From an uncultured virus (IMG/VR IMGVR_UViG_3300031525_000003) (taxonomy: Duplodnaviria; Heunggongvirae; Uroviricota; Caudoviricetes), in IMG/VR virus record IMGVR_UViG_3300031525_000003: DNA of 55,312 bases. One strand, written 5' to 3'. Below are positions 26,750 through 36,229 of the stretch, one piece after another; within the stretch, counting starts at the first letter, position 1, and every line of letters starts with the position of its first letter. The notes under the pieces were generated by a model. It did no database searches. It was not told the DNA's origin and saw only the letters and a program-made list of their open reading frames with translations. The position numbers were made by a program, and so were the translations under genes.

Positions 26750-28287
26750 AGACAGCAGTGGATCCGGCGGAGCGCGTCCGCGCCTGCAAGCTGCGCCTGC
26801 GTGAAGCCATCAAGAAGTTCTCTCCGTTCCAATCGGACCCACTCATCGACGAACTCCTGGGCGGCATCTACGCCTACGCCGAGGCCATGCGGGACAGCAT
26901 CCCCGTCAGCCAGCCCGTGACGGCATCTTCGGGCTCGGGCATCACCCAGGCCACACCACCGAGCATCGGCGCCGCAGCGACCTGCAAGAACTGTGGCCGT
27001 CTGCTCCGAGACGGGCGGTGCCCAAACGCCACGCCACTCACCATCGACGAAGCTCCGTCGTACGAATGGGCGTGCGGCGACGAAGTCTACGAGCCCGGTG
27101 CCGCTCCAGCACAAGCCAAGTGTGCGCACTGCCCGCACCCTGCCCACGAGGGTCGGTGGTGCGGGCTCTTTTTCTCCCCGGGCGCGCTGCCGTGCGAGTG
27201 CGGCATCCGTCACGCAGGTCCATCGCTCGGATGGGGCGTCTACGACACGGAGGAAGACGGTTGGTGGTGGAGCCCGCCCAGCAGCGAGAGAAGCGCCCGC
27301 CTGCAGGCAGCCGCCATGAACGGACCTGACTCGACACGCTACGAGGCGCGTGCACGAGAGCCTAGGCCCGACGTGGAGCACATGGCGTCGCGCGGGTATG
27401 TCCCTGTGGCACAACTGACCTACTGCGAAGCCGAGCGGGCGCGTCTGTCCAACCTTTGCGGCGATCTCCAGCGCAACGTTCAGTCGCTGGGGGCGAAGTT
27501 TCAGGATCTGGCCGCGAGCGATGGAAACCGCGCGCTCAGGACCGAGCGGGATGGCCTCCGCTCGCAGGTGTCCGACTTGCGCGCGGCACTGGGGGCGCTG
27601 GTCGCCGAGGCCGCCCCTCCGTGCTGCGCGCCGCGCGGCGCGACCGGACCAGGACCGCTGGCTGATGGGAACACGCTCACGTGCGACAAGCCGGCCCGTT
27701 GGGGCGTCGCCACCGCCTACACCTGTGACCTGCACCGCGGCGAGAACCAGCCCAACGAGATCGGTGGGGTCGCCCTCCGACAGGCCTTTGCCATCCTCGC
27801 GTCCATGCCGCCTCCGGTGTCGAAGGAGGACGAAATCACGCGGCTCAAACTGGAGCTTGCGAAGAACCACGCCGACATCGACATCGCGTCGGCGCGGACG
27901 GCCGAGCTTTGGACCAACTACCAGCGCCTGGAGGCTGGCTTCCGGTCGTGGCACGAGAAGGGCAAGTCCCAGTACGAGACAAAGTGGGAAGACGAGCACC
28001 GTCGCCTCGTCGAGCTGGCGCGGGCGGTCATCGCCGCCATCGGCAGGAACACCTGCTCGGTCAAGGACCACGTCGCCTGCTCCAAGTGCGGCATGTGCGA
28101 GGTGACCCACGACCACGACAAGCGCTGCCACGTGCTCACGCTCGCGCGTGCCGTGGTCGCTGTCTCGCAAGCCAAAGAGACATCCTGGAACGACTGCACG
28201 TGTCTGTGCCACGCCTTGGCGGGCGGAGGCTTTCGTGGAGCCCACTGCTCCATGTGCAGGCCCCAGGATGACCGCGGGGGCGAGTGA
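26746..28287 (+). CDS. mosaic Cys-rich/coiled-coil protein with WGVY domain
   Basis: GGAG and GTGA coupling; GWGVY...YEARA. Confidence 0.75.
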   Translation: MKTAVDPAERVRACKLRLREAIKKFSPFQSDPLIDELLGGIYAYAEAMRDSIPVSQPVTASSGSGITQATPPSIGAAATCKNCGRLLRDGRCPNATPLTIDEAPSYEWACGDEVYEPGAAPAQAKCAHCPHPAHEGRWCGLFFSPGALPCECGIRHAGPSLGWGVYDTEEDGWWWSPPSSERSARLQAAAMNGPDSTRYEARAREPRPDVEHMASRGYVPVAQLTYCEAERARLSNLCGDLQRNVQSLGAKFQDLAASDGNRALRTERDGLRSQVSDLRAALGALVAEAAPPCCAPRGATGPGPLADGNTLTCDKPARWGVATAYTCDLHRGENQPNEIGGVALRQAFAILASMPPPVSKEDEITRLKLELAKNHADIDIASARTAELWTNYQRLEAGFRSWHEKGKSQYETKWEDEHRRLVELARAVIAAIGRNTCSVKDHVACSKCGMCEVTHDHDKRCHVLTLARAVVAVSQAKETSWNDCTCLCHALAGGGFRGAHCSMCRPQDDRGGE

Positions 28288-28817
28288 TGGAAACGCGCCT
28301 GGTCGTCCTCGACATCGACGGCGTTTGCAATTCGACCGACTACGCCCTCCACCGGGCACCGGAGGACGAGCGCGGCAGCGTCCTGGGGATCGATCCGGTG
28401 GCGGTCACACGCCTCAACCGTCTCGTCCAGGTGGCCCGCGCGGACGTCGTCGTGTCGAGTACCTGGCGCTTCTCGCGGACCACAGCCCAGCTCTCTGCCG
28501 CTCTCACAGAGCGCGGCTTCCTTGGGAAGGTGATCGGCCGAACGCCACGATGGATCAAGGGCCCAGCTGGAGATCTCTACCCGGAGGACAGCCGTGGCTA
28601 CGAGATCCAGGCGTGGCTGGATCTGGCGCCCGACTACGGCATCACCGTGGAGTCGTTCGTCATCCTCGACGACGACACGGACATGGCGCACCTGGCGGAC
28701 AGGCTCGTCAAGACGTCGTTCGCCACGGGGCTCCTCGACGAGCACGTGGACCTGGCCATCGCCATGCTCTCGGAGCCCATGCCGCTCATCGTGGTCCCGA
28801 GCAGCCACCCCCGGTGA
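28284..28817 (+). CDS. HAD-superfamily phosphatase, Swiss-Army-Knife RNA-repair type (HAD_SAK_2-like)
   Basis: LDIDGV.N, VVSSTWR, IG.TP, RG.EI..WL, FVILDD, ATGL. Confidence 0.9.
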   Translation: MMETRLVVLDIDGVCNSTDYALHRAPEDERGSVLGIDPVAVTRLNRLVQVARADVVVSSTWRFSRTTAQLSAALTERGFLGKVIGRTPRWIKGPAGDLYPEDSRGYEIQAWLDLAPDYGITVESFVILDDDTDMAHLADRLVKTSFATGLLDEHVDLAIAMLSEPMPLIVVPSSHPR

Positions 28818-28828
28818 GGAGTTAGGAC

Positions 28829-29245
28829 TTGCACAAGAAGCCACACTATCTCCCGGCGCTTCCTTTCCTCGCGTTGAATCGCGCGGTCGCTCCGATCGAG
28901 CGTGCGCTCGATCCGTTGGGGATCTTTCTCGTCGGCTCCTGCCTCGCTCGCGTCGACTACCGCGACGTCGACGTGCGCGCCATCATGGCCGACGAAGCGT
29001 ACGACCGCATGTTCTCATTCAACGCCATGACCGACGTGGACGCCTTTTGGTCGTTACTCTGCGAGGGCACGTCGGCATACCTGGAGCGAGCCACGGGCCT
29101 CCCAATCGACTTCCAGATTCAACGAATGAGCGACGCCAACTCCAAACACGAAGGACCACGCAACGCACTCACGGGCGCCGCCGGACGCGACTACTCCGGC
29201 GAGCTGCCATCGTTCATCCGTAAGCGACTGAAGGAGAGACCATGA
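28829..29245 (+). CDS. pol-beta-superfamily minimal nucleotidyltransferase-like protein
   Basis: FLVGS...RDVDVR...TGLPIDFQIQ (GS plus DxD plus third Asp). Confidence 0.7.
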   Translation: MHKKPHYLPALPFLALNRAVAPIERALDPLGIFLVGSCLARVDYRDVDVRAIMADEAYDRMFSFNAMTDVDAFWSLLCEGTSAYLERATGLPIDFQIQRMSDANSKHEGPRNALTGAAGRDYSGELPSFIRKRLKERP

Positions 29246-29628
29246 CCGAGGACTGGAAGAAGGGCGTGCTAGCCGCGGCGGAGATCGCGGACGACTACAA
29301 CTCCTCCACGACGCACCCGTACCGGCTGGGAGACTGCGTGGCCGGCAAGCTAAACGTCAGACGCGGCAAGGCGCGCCCCAACAAGGAGAAGCTCCAGCAG
29401 CCCGCCGACGCGCTGACGCAGGGGATCTGCCTGGCGCTCGCAGAGATGCATCGCCTGCACGGCGACAGTTCCGGCGTGTGCGAGGTCGCCAGAGCCGCGG
29501 GCATCACAATCCAAGAGGCCAAGCAGGCTGGAACCAACCCCTACGACTGGAAAGAGCTTCGGCGGGCTGGGGTGCAGGCTGCATCCGTACGCGTGGCCAA
29601 GCCACGCACGAAGGGCGCCAGGAAATGA
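29242..29628 (+). CDS. hypothetical protein
   Basis: AAGGAG and ATGA coupling. Confidence 0.7.
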   Translation: MTEDWKKGVLAAAEIADDYNSSTTHPYRLGDCVAGKLNVRRGKARPNKEKLQQPADALTQGICLALAEMHRLHGDSSGVCEVARAAGITIQEAKQAGTNPYDWKELRRAGVQAASVRVAKPRTKGARK

Positions 29629-29846
29629 CGAGCGAGGAACGCGCGCGGAAGTATCTGCTCGACATGTCCAAGCTGCCGCCGTCGCACGAGGGCGCGGTTC
29701 GTGCGTTGGCAGAAGCGTTCGACGACGAACGACGGCGGGCGCTCGAAGACGCCGCCCAACTCGTCGCGACCACCAACTACTACGAGCCGAACGAGACGAT
29801 CGCGCGTCGCATCCGCAATTACGACGGGGACCAAACAAAGCCGTGA
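29625..29846 (+). CDS. hypothetical protein
   Basis: ATGA coupling; ALEDAA module. Confidence 0.6.
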   Translation: MTSEERARKYLLDMSKLPPSHEGAVRALAEAFDDERRRALEDAAQLVATTNYYEPNETIARRIRNYDGDQTKP

Positions 29847-30070
29847 GCCACCATTTGTCTCGCTTCGGCGTCTACAACGACACCAGCAAGGGCTGGTGCT
29901 TCCTCGACGCCGGTGGCTTTCGCGGTAGCCTTGTCGCTTGCGAAGCCTCCCTCGCGGGCTTCCGCAGCGAGTACCCGGACAATGTGTACCGCATCGCAGA
30001 GCATCGCGACGGGTGCCAGTCACGCGTGCTGAGCGACTGTTGCAAACCGTTGTCTGAACAATCGACCTAG
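29843..30070 (+). CDS. stand-alone FGVY (WGVW-family) domain protein
   Basis: GTGA coupling; RFGVY..GW...YRIA. Confidence 0.6.
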   Translation: MSHHLSRFGVYNDTSKGWCFLDAGGFRGSLVACEASLAGFRSEYPDNVYRIAEHRDGCQSRVLSDCCKPLSEQST

Positions 30071-30088
30071 AACCTGGAGGAACAGAGC

Positions 30089-30400
30089 ATGCTGTACGAA
30101 GACACCGCGAAATACGCGCTGGAGGGGTTCGACGGCAAGGAGATCCCGAAAGGGCCGCCGGTCGGGACGCCGCTCTTCGAGTGTCCGTCGTGCGGCGCTC
30201 GACACACCTACGGGACCACCATGAACGGGGCCGATCTCTTCCGGTGCCACGACTGCGGCTACGTCGGCCACGGCTTCCACACGGACCGGGCGATCGACAG
30301 GAAGGTCTACGTGGAGCACTGCGCGGCGAACGAATGGAGCCGCGCGCACGGCATCCCGGAGGTGCCGCTTGGCGTCGACCCGCTCAACGGCCCCGGGTGA
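30089..30400 (+). CDS. Zn-ribbon protein
   Basis: GGAGG upstream; CPSC...CHDCGY. Confidence 0.7.
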   Translation: MLYEDTAKYALEGFDGKEIPKGPPVGTPLFECPSCGARHTYGTTMNGADLFRCHDCGYVGHGFHTDRAIDRKVYVEHCAANEWSRAHGIPEVPLGVDPLNGPG

Positions 30401-30407
30401 ATGGACC

Positions 30408-30623
30408 ATGCCCGTTCAAGCCACAGTCGACGAGATGGACCTGACGGTGGCCTGTCCTGTCTGTGGGGCAGACAAGACGGACCCATGCCGTGGTCTGCCA
30501 GCAAGAGCAGTGCATCTGCCACAGCGGCGAGCCAAGTGGCTCTTGGAAACGCAACAAGCCAGGATAGCCGGCGACCTGGTCATCATCGGCCCCCCCGAGG
30601 GCTCGCGCTACGCACCCAATTGA
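30408..30623 (+). CDS. small phage zinc-finger protein
   Basis: LTVACPVCGA...PC....H..RR. Confidence 0.55.
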   Translation: MPVQATVDEMDLTVACPVCGADKTDPCRGLPARAVHLPQRRAKWLLETQQARIAGDLVIIGPPEGSRYAPN

Positions 30624-30636
30624 CCGCTGGAGCGAC

Positions 30637-31203
30637 ATGAACCGGTATGAATCCATGAGCCTGATCGAGCAAGCCGAAAAGGTGGCTGGCGCAGGGACGC
30701 CATCCAAGGACCGCATCGTTGACCTCCTCTCTGCCCTGGCAGCACAGCTGCGTCGACGAATAGGCGAACTCGACGCCGCGACCTCGTTCACGTTCCGCAT
30801 GCCCACGTCTCGTCTGGGCGACTACGTCATGGTCGACTACAACGACGAGAACGACAGCTGGGAGCTGAGCGTCCACACGTGCGAAACGAAGGGCCTGCCG
30901 GTACCAACCGTGTTCTCTACGCGTGACGAAGCCATCACGGAGGCGCGCAAAGCCGCAGCCGCATCCCCGATGACAGCGCCGGAGACTCCAGCAGACAAGC
31001 TGAACAAGATGGTCGACGACCTCGTTGCGCGCACTACTGGCACGAGCCCCGCGGAGAAGGCTCGCAATCTTGCCGCGCTTCTCCTGGGCGAGAGCGCCGG
31101 CCGCGACCTCGACCGACAGGAGTGCGGCCGGCTCCGACGGGCGCTGGACGAAATGACCGCGGACCGGGACAACCAGAAGCGAGCGACGAGGAGCCGCAAG
31201 TGA
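30637..31203 (+). CDS. hypothetical protein
   Basis: GGAG upstream. Confidence 0.65.
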   Translation: MNRYESMSLIEQAEKVAGAGTPSKDRIVDLLSALAAQLRRRIGELDAATSFTFRMPTSRLGDYVMVDYNDENDSWELSVHTCETKGLPVPTVFSTRDEAITEARKAAAASPMTAPETPADKLNKMVDDLVARTTGTSPAEKARNLAALLLGESAGRDLDRQECGRLRRALDEMTADRDNQKRATRSRK

Positions 31204-31826
31204 CGCTCGAACCTTTTCCTAGCGGGTGGCTGAATCTCCCAAGCTGGCCTCGCACGATCGGCACGGACAACCTGCTCCGTGCCATCACAGCCGTGGTTTC
31301 GATGGACGACATCGAAGCGGTGGCGATCTTCGGCTCGTCGGTCCGTCCACTGCGCAGGCGACTCTTTGGCCTCTACAAGGTCTGGGCCAAGGACATCGAC
31401 GTCATCGTCATGTCGAAGCAGACTTCGGCGCGGGCCAAGGCCGACGAGACTTACGTGGTTCGATGCGGTGACTGGTATGGCGCCGCCTGGTACGAGGACA
31501 GGTGCCGACGGGACGTGTTCGATGTCTTGGTGGTCACGCCTACCGAATTTGCTGGCGCATTCCAGCGCGACGAAGACATCGCGCGCAGCGTGCTGTGGGA
31601 TGGCGTCCTCTTGGCCGGCGAGTGGCCACCCATCCCCGGAGCGGATCCGTATCGAGACACGATCCCGCACAAGATGCGTCGCTTCATTCGCGTGGGCTGG
31701 GGCGCCACGTTCGAGATCGACGCGCTTGACGGACGGGCGGAGTACGAGGCGAGAGAACGTCGCTTGGCCGATCAGGCGGACGAGCTTGAGCGCGCGGCGC
31801 GCCACGTGGCCAAGGAAACGGGCTAG
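31200..31826 (+). CDS. minimal nucleotidyltransferase (MNT) domain protein
   Basis: AIFGSSVR...KDIDVIV...FDVLVVTP.EF...DGVLL. Confidence 0.8.
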   Translation: MTLEPFPSGWLNLPSWPRTIGTDNLLRAITAVVSMDDIEAVAIFGSSVRPLRRRLFGLYKVWAKDIDVIVMSKQTSARAKADETYVVRCGDWYGAAWYEDRCRRDVFDVLVVTPTEFAGAFQRDEDIARSVLWDGVLLAGEWPPIPGADPYRDTIPHKMRRFIRVGWGATFEIDALDGRAEYEARERRLADQADELERAARHVAKETG

Positions 31827-31829
31827 CCC

Positions 31830-32174
31830 GTGAACGAGAAGACGACTGCCTGGCACCCTTGCGCACGCTGCGGCTCACCCGTCCTGATCGGCGCGTACTG
31901 CGGCGGCGGATGCCAGGCCGCGCGGTCCAAGCCACGATCGCGTCGACCGTCCCACTGGCGCGTGCTCGCCCACGTGGCAACAGCCGCTTTCGGGGTCGTT
32001 CTTCGCGGCCGAGATCGCGGCATCGCCTTCACGTTGACGCACGATGGCTTTCTGGAAGTTCCGGTCAGCTACCAAGCGCCCAGTGACGACGGGTGGACGC
32101 ACTTCAGGGTGACCCAGGTGGGGCGAGCCGCCCTGGCGGCGCACGAGCAGGAGGTGGGCGATGGGCCTCTTTGA
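31830..32174 (+). CDS. hypothetical protein (Zn finger plus winged-helix-like tail)
   Basis: CARC...C; GFLEV...FRVTQVGRAAL. Confidence 0.55.
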   Translation: MNEKTTAWHPCARCGSPVLIGAYCGGGCQAARSKPRSRRPSHWRVLAHVATAAFGVVLRGRDRGIAFTLTHDGFLEVPVSYQAPSDDGWTHFRVTQVGRAALAAHEQEVGDGPL

Positions 32175-32487
32175 TTCGTTCCTGAACGAGGACGAGCGTC
32201 TGGAAGTCCAGCTGAAAAACGGGGACGTCTCCCTCCGCACGTACCACGTGGGCGACGCGTGTCCTCTGCCCGACGCCTTCTACTACGGCCACGAAGGTGT
32301 GGTGGTCATCCGCGCGGGGAAGGTCGAGTCCGTGACCGTCCGTGCCCCCGACAACTCCGATCCATCACGTACCCTGCCGTGCTTCACGAAGTACGGCGAG
32401 CCGTTCTATCCCGATCCGGGCGACACCTTGGCCGATCACCTGGCGATCTCCCGATCGATCGCGAACCGACAACGAGGAAAGCCATGA
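32161..32487 (+). CDS. hypothetical protein
   Basis: GGAGG upstream; MGLFD...Q.K.G...Y.VGD. Confidence 0.7.
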   Translation: MGLFDSFLNEDERLEVQLKNGDVSLRTYHVGDACPLPDAFYYGHEGVVVIRAGKVESVTVRAPDNSDPSRTLPCFTKYGEPFYPDPGDTLADHLAISRSIANRQRGKP

Positions 32488-32732
32488 ACCACACGGTGAA
32501 AAAGACGAGACGCAGCGCCACGACCCACGACGAGAAGCAGCTCCTGGAGTGGTTGCACAACAAACACCGAATCTCCGAAAGGTTTGCCAAGCTCGCAGGA
32601 CGCGAAGGCCGTTACGGCGATGCGCAGCTGGCCATCGGCCGAGCTGAGGCGTACGCGTGGACCCTCATGCACATCCAGGCGGAGGCCAAGAACCGAGCGG
32701 GGCGTACGGCGGCCAAAGCGGCCGGGACGTAG
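32484..32732 (+). CDS. hypothetical protein
   Basis: GAGGA and ATGA coupling. Confidence 0.6.
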   Translation: MNHTVKKTRRSATTHDEKQLLEWLHNKHRISERFAKLAGREGRYGDAQLAIGRAEAYAWTLMHIQAEAKNRAGRTAAKAAGT

Positions 32733-32860
32733 GCCATGACGACCTGCATGTTCTGCAAGGCGCCGTTCGAGGGTCTCGCTCAATCCGGGTGGCGTGCGGG
32801 GTACGACGCCGCCATGGTCGCGCTCGCCGCCCATCGCCCAGCGAGAACGAGGAGAGAGCC

Positions 32861-33496
32861 ATGAGCGAGATGGACTCGGACCAGATAGCAGCGCTGCAAA
32901 CACTCCTGGCCGCCGTTCGCACGTACGTCGACGCGGTGTCCCAACAGCCGTCCACGGACGTGCTCTCCGGATCGCTGGGCGAGATGCGGCGGCGACAGAT
33001 GGACGCCATCGAAGACCGGTCGCGCCAGGCCCTCCATGGCCTGGCGCGAGCTGCGGTCGATGTGGTGGATGTGCTCCCACTCTGGGCCTCAGTCGCATCC
33101 AGTAGCCCCGCGCGATGCTTGCTGTGCGACGGTTTTCGCTACCTGCCCAACCGCATGAACGCACCCGGCGGTCCCATCTGCGGCTGCGGCCAGCCCTCCG
33201 TGCACGAGGACGGCTCGTGCGGCGTAGAGCACGAGCCGGTGCCCTGCCCCGCCTGCACGGCGCCGCCCAATGGGCTCCAACCCATCGTGCTCCACGTGAA
33301 CGAAAACGAAGATCCGGAGATCTCCTGCCTCTTCTGCGGGGGGACCCGAGACCACGTGCCGCGACCCTACGCCGTCCGGTATCTCACATGGAACGGCTCG
33401 GCCGTCATCGGGCTCCACAAGGACTGCTACGAGCGAGCGCGCATCACGCAGGCGCCCGCGCCGGATGCCACCCTGGGAACTGGAGAAGTCACGTGA
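32861..33496 (+). CDS. Cys-rich mosaic protein
   Basis: GAGGAG upstream; several CxxC. Confidence 0.65.
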   Translation: MSEMDSDQIAALQTLLAAVRTYVDAVSQQPSTDVLSGSLGEMRRRQMDAIEDRSRQALHGLARAAVDVVDVLPLWASVASSSPARCLLCDGFRYLPNRMNAPGGPICGCGQPSVHEDGSCGVEHEPVPCPACTAPPNGLQPIVLHVNENEDPEISCLFCGGTRDHVPRPYAVRYLTWNGSAVIGLHKDCYERARITQAPAPDATLGTGEVT

Positions 33497-34437
33497 CCGA
33501 GCACGAGAACGCCCCGACCGATCTGGAGTTGCAGGAGAACGCCGCACGCTGGAGTCTGCTGGCCCTCGTCTGGGGCTACAACGAGCTGGCGAAGATCGCC
33601 GAGACTCTCGGCGAGAAGGTCTACCTGCGCCTCGCCCGCGATCACGCCGAGGACGAGTACCGCCGCATGGGGGGAAAGATCACCCGCTCCGCGGAGGAGA
33701 AGGAGCCGGCGCTCGTCCTCACCCAGCACGCGCCCCACATCATCTTCTACGAGCGTGACATCGAGCTGATGCGCGCCGCCGTCCAGGCGCACGACGAGGC
33801 TCACGGGGCGGCCAAGAAAACCGAGAGCGAGGTCGAGAGCTTGCGCGCGCAGCTCCTGGAAGCGCTGGCCGAACGCAACCAGCTGGGAAGCCTGGTGACG
33901 AACGTCCTCCGAATGCACCTGTCCTACTCGCTGCCCAGCGTTCTTGAACACCTGGTGAGGGCCGTCGACCACCTCCTCCACGATCACAGCTGCGACGGGC
34001 ATGGCTACGAGGTCGTCGGCTCCGCGCGCGATGCCGCGCAGGAGATCCTCAACGTCATCACCACATGGGAACCAGGCGCCGACGCCGCACCGTGGCGGCC
34101 CGCTCTGCACTCCGGGATCGACTGGTGCCACGATCCACACTGCGCCGACCCTCTCCATCACGTGGCGGCCGGCGACGACTGGAAGAAACACGAGGAGCCA
34201 GTCCTTTGCAAGGATGCTCAGAAAAACGTCCTGGTGGCCCTTCGGCGCTTCCGGGACATCGACGAACGTGCGCCTTCCCTCTATGACCTGGGCTGCGTGA
34301 TCTCCATCCGCGAGGACCAAAAACAACCATCGGACAGCGACGTTCTTCGTGCTCTCCAGCCGCTTCTGGACGAAGGTGTTGTCGTCGAGGATTTCTCGCC
34401 CTCCTATCTCGCTCGACACTTTCGGGTGAAAACATGA
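33493..34437 (+). CDS. mosaic hypothetical protein
   Basis: GGAG and GTGA coupling; possible winged-helix C-terminus. Confidence 0.7.
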   Translation: MTEHENAPTDLELQENAARWSLLALVWGYNELAKIAETLGEKVYLRLARDHAEDEYRRMGGKITRSAEEKEPALVLTQHAPHIIFYERDIELMRAAVQAHDEAHGAAKKTESEVESLRAQLLEALAERNQLGSLVTNVLRMHLSYSLPSVLEHLVRAVDHLLHDHSCDGHGYEVVGSARDAAQEILNVITTWEPGADAAPWRPALHSGIDWCHDPHCADPLHHVAAGDDWKKHEEPVLCKDAQKNVLVALRRFRDIDERAPSLYDLGCVISIREDQKQPSDSDVLRALQPLLDEGVVVEDFSPSYLARHFRVKT

Positions 34438-35108
34438 ACGATGCGCATACTGCGGCACCGAGCTTTGCGAGGATGGCTGGCGAGATCATCGGCCGGATCA
34501 GACTGGCGTTCCACCCCCACTTCTCTTCCGTGTGCCTAGAGCGCGTGCACGCCGCGCTCGTGGCCGCAAACGCCAACGTCGCGCGACTCGAAGCCGCTCT
34601 CGCGTCCGTCAACCGGGAGTCCGCATCGGACAAGGCCCTCGTCCGCCGCATCACGGAGATCTGCCCGGACTGCCCCGCGGAAGGTGGCTGCGAGCGGTGC
34701 GAGGGCTCGGGTGTCGTGCCGGTCGATCCTGCCGCCGAAGAGGCCCTGGAGCGGGCCGCTTTCGAGCGCGATGATGCCCTGGAGGAGGCTAACCTCCTGC
34801 GCGGCGCCGTCGACTGGTACGCCGACCGCGAGAACTACAGCAAGACATCCGGCGCGCCCTACAACAACGGGCTCGACCAGGGGCGCGTTGCCCGGCAGGC
34901 CCTCGCGCTGGCGCGCCTCGTCCAAAGCGGCGTTCCCCTCGACCACTGCGAGCTGTGCGGCGCCTCGCGGCAGGCGTGGCAGGCGCCCGAAGACGAGAAC
35001 TGTCCGAATCGCTCCCTTCGTGCCCAGCCGTGCGACGGCCGCCTCGTTGCCACCGCCAAGCCGGCCGACGCGGATGCCGGATCGCCCGAACACCGCTACG
35101 ATCCGTGA
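34434..35108 (+). CDS. hypothetical protein with CxxC motifs
   Basis: ATGA coupling; CERCEGSG; WYAD.ENY...D.G..AR.AL module. Confidence 0.7.
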   Translation: MNDAHTAAPSFARMAGEIIGRIRLAFHPHFSSVCLERVHAALVAANANVARLEAALASVNRESASDKALVRRITEICPDCPAEGGCERCEGSGVVPVDPAAEEALERAAFERDDALEEANLLRGAVDWYADRENYSKTSGAPYNNGLDQGRVARQALALARLVQSGVPLDHCELCGASRQAWQAPEDENCPNRSLRAQPCDGRLVATAKPADADAGSPEHRYDP

Positions 35109-35122
35109 TCGGAGGAAGCAAT

Positions 35123-35338
35123 ATGGAGGACGGTCTCTGCTACTGCACCTGCAATCCCCAGACGACGACCGACGGCCGCACGACCGGACACGCCGTCAAC
35201 TGTCCTCTGAGGCCGCAGATCATGGTCACGCCCTTGGCCGCTCCCATCGTGCCATCACCGTTCCCGTCCAAGGACTGGCAGGACGGCTATCACACGGGCT
35301 TCGCCGCGGGGCTCGCGGCAGGCCGCTCGGCCGGCTAG
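35123..35338 (+). CDS. hypothetical protein
   Basis: GGAGG upstream. Confidence 0.55.
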   Translation: MEDGLCYCTCNPQTTTDGRTTGHAVNCPLRPQIMVTPLAAPIVPSPFPSKDWQDGYHTGFAAGLAAGRSAG

Positions 35339-35342
35339 GCCC

Positions 35343-35744
35343 ATGAGCCAAGATCCTCGCCTCGACAACATGGACGTCCGCTACAACGGGCGCACGCTCC
35401 GCGCGACTCTTCAGTGCGCGCATCCGCCTGTCACCGCGAACCGTGAGGAGTTCACGGCGTTCGCGAAGCGAATGCAGCATGCCGCGCGCGGGGCGGGAAT
35501 GAGGATGGCGGTCGTCCTGGGCGGCGGCGGCAAGGCCAGCGGCATCGCGCTCGACATCGTCGTGAACACCGACGAGACCTCCGAGGTGCTGGAGGCGCGG
35601 ATGCGCAAGGCCGTCGAGCGCGAGCGCATCGCCCTCACCCTGCTCACCATCGAGGAGATGGAACCGGTGGGCGCCGCGCTCTTCTGGACCAAGCTGCGCG
35701 GCGTCGCCGCCGAAACGGTAGCGAAGGAGAAGAACCGCTCATGA
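35343..35744 (+). CDS. hypothetical protein
   Basis: protein-like; coupled to the next gene. Confidence 0.65.
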   Translation: MSQDPRLDNMDVRYNGRTLRATLQCAHPPVTANREEFTAFAKRMQHAARGAGMRMAVVLGGGGKASGIALDIVVNTDETSEVLEARMRKAVERERIALTLLTIEEMEPVGAALFWTKLRGVAAETVAKEKNRS

Positions 35745-35974
35745 GCCTGAAGATGCGGTGCGTGCTCCGTGGCGAGAGAACGGCGACGGAAGGCCACGGA
35801 TGCGACGGCGAGGCTCTCTTTCCACAGTGGTGCTACCACTGCCTGGTCGCCCATCCGTCCGAGAGTGAGCTGACCGAGCAGTGCCTCATCGCGCCGACAT
35901 GCGGCTCGTGCGACCACTGGCTCCACGACGAGTGCGGACGCGACTACGCGATCCGGGTAGGCCATGTTGCATGA
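35741..35974 (+). CDS. small Cys-rich protein
   Basis: AAGGAG and ATGA coupling. Confidence 0.55.
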   Translation: MSLKMRCVLRGERTATEGHGCDGEALFPQWCYHCLVAHPSESELTEQCLIAPTCGSCDHWLHDECGRDYAIRVGHVA

Positions 35975-35998
35975 ACGGACGCCGGAGAAGAACCGCTC

Positions 35999-36229
35999 GT
36001 GAGAGCGCCTCGCACCACGTGGTGGCGTCACATCACCTCACTCACGGTGGGATGGGAACTGCGGCGCAGGCAGAGGCGCCTGGCCAGGCGTCAGGAGGTC
36101 ATCACGGCGCTCCTCCCGTACACGAAAGACCCGGTGGAGCTACTCGTCCGGGCGCTCGACGTCCTGGCGACGCGGCCGCCCATCGGTCGTCGACGCCCGT
36201 GGCTCGCCCGAGGCTCACGACCGTGCTGA
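35999..36229 (+). CDS. hypothetical protein
   Basis: GGAG upstream of GTG. Confidence 0.45.
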   Translation: MRAPRTTWWRHITSLTVGWELRRRQRRLARRQEVITALLPYTKDPVELLVRALDVLATRPPIGRRRPWLARGSRPC

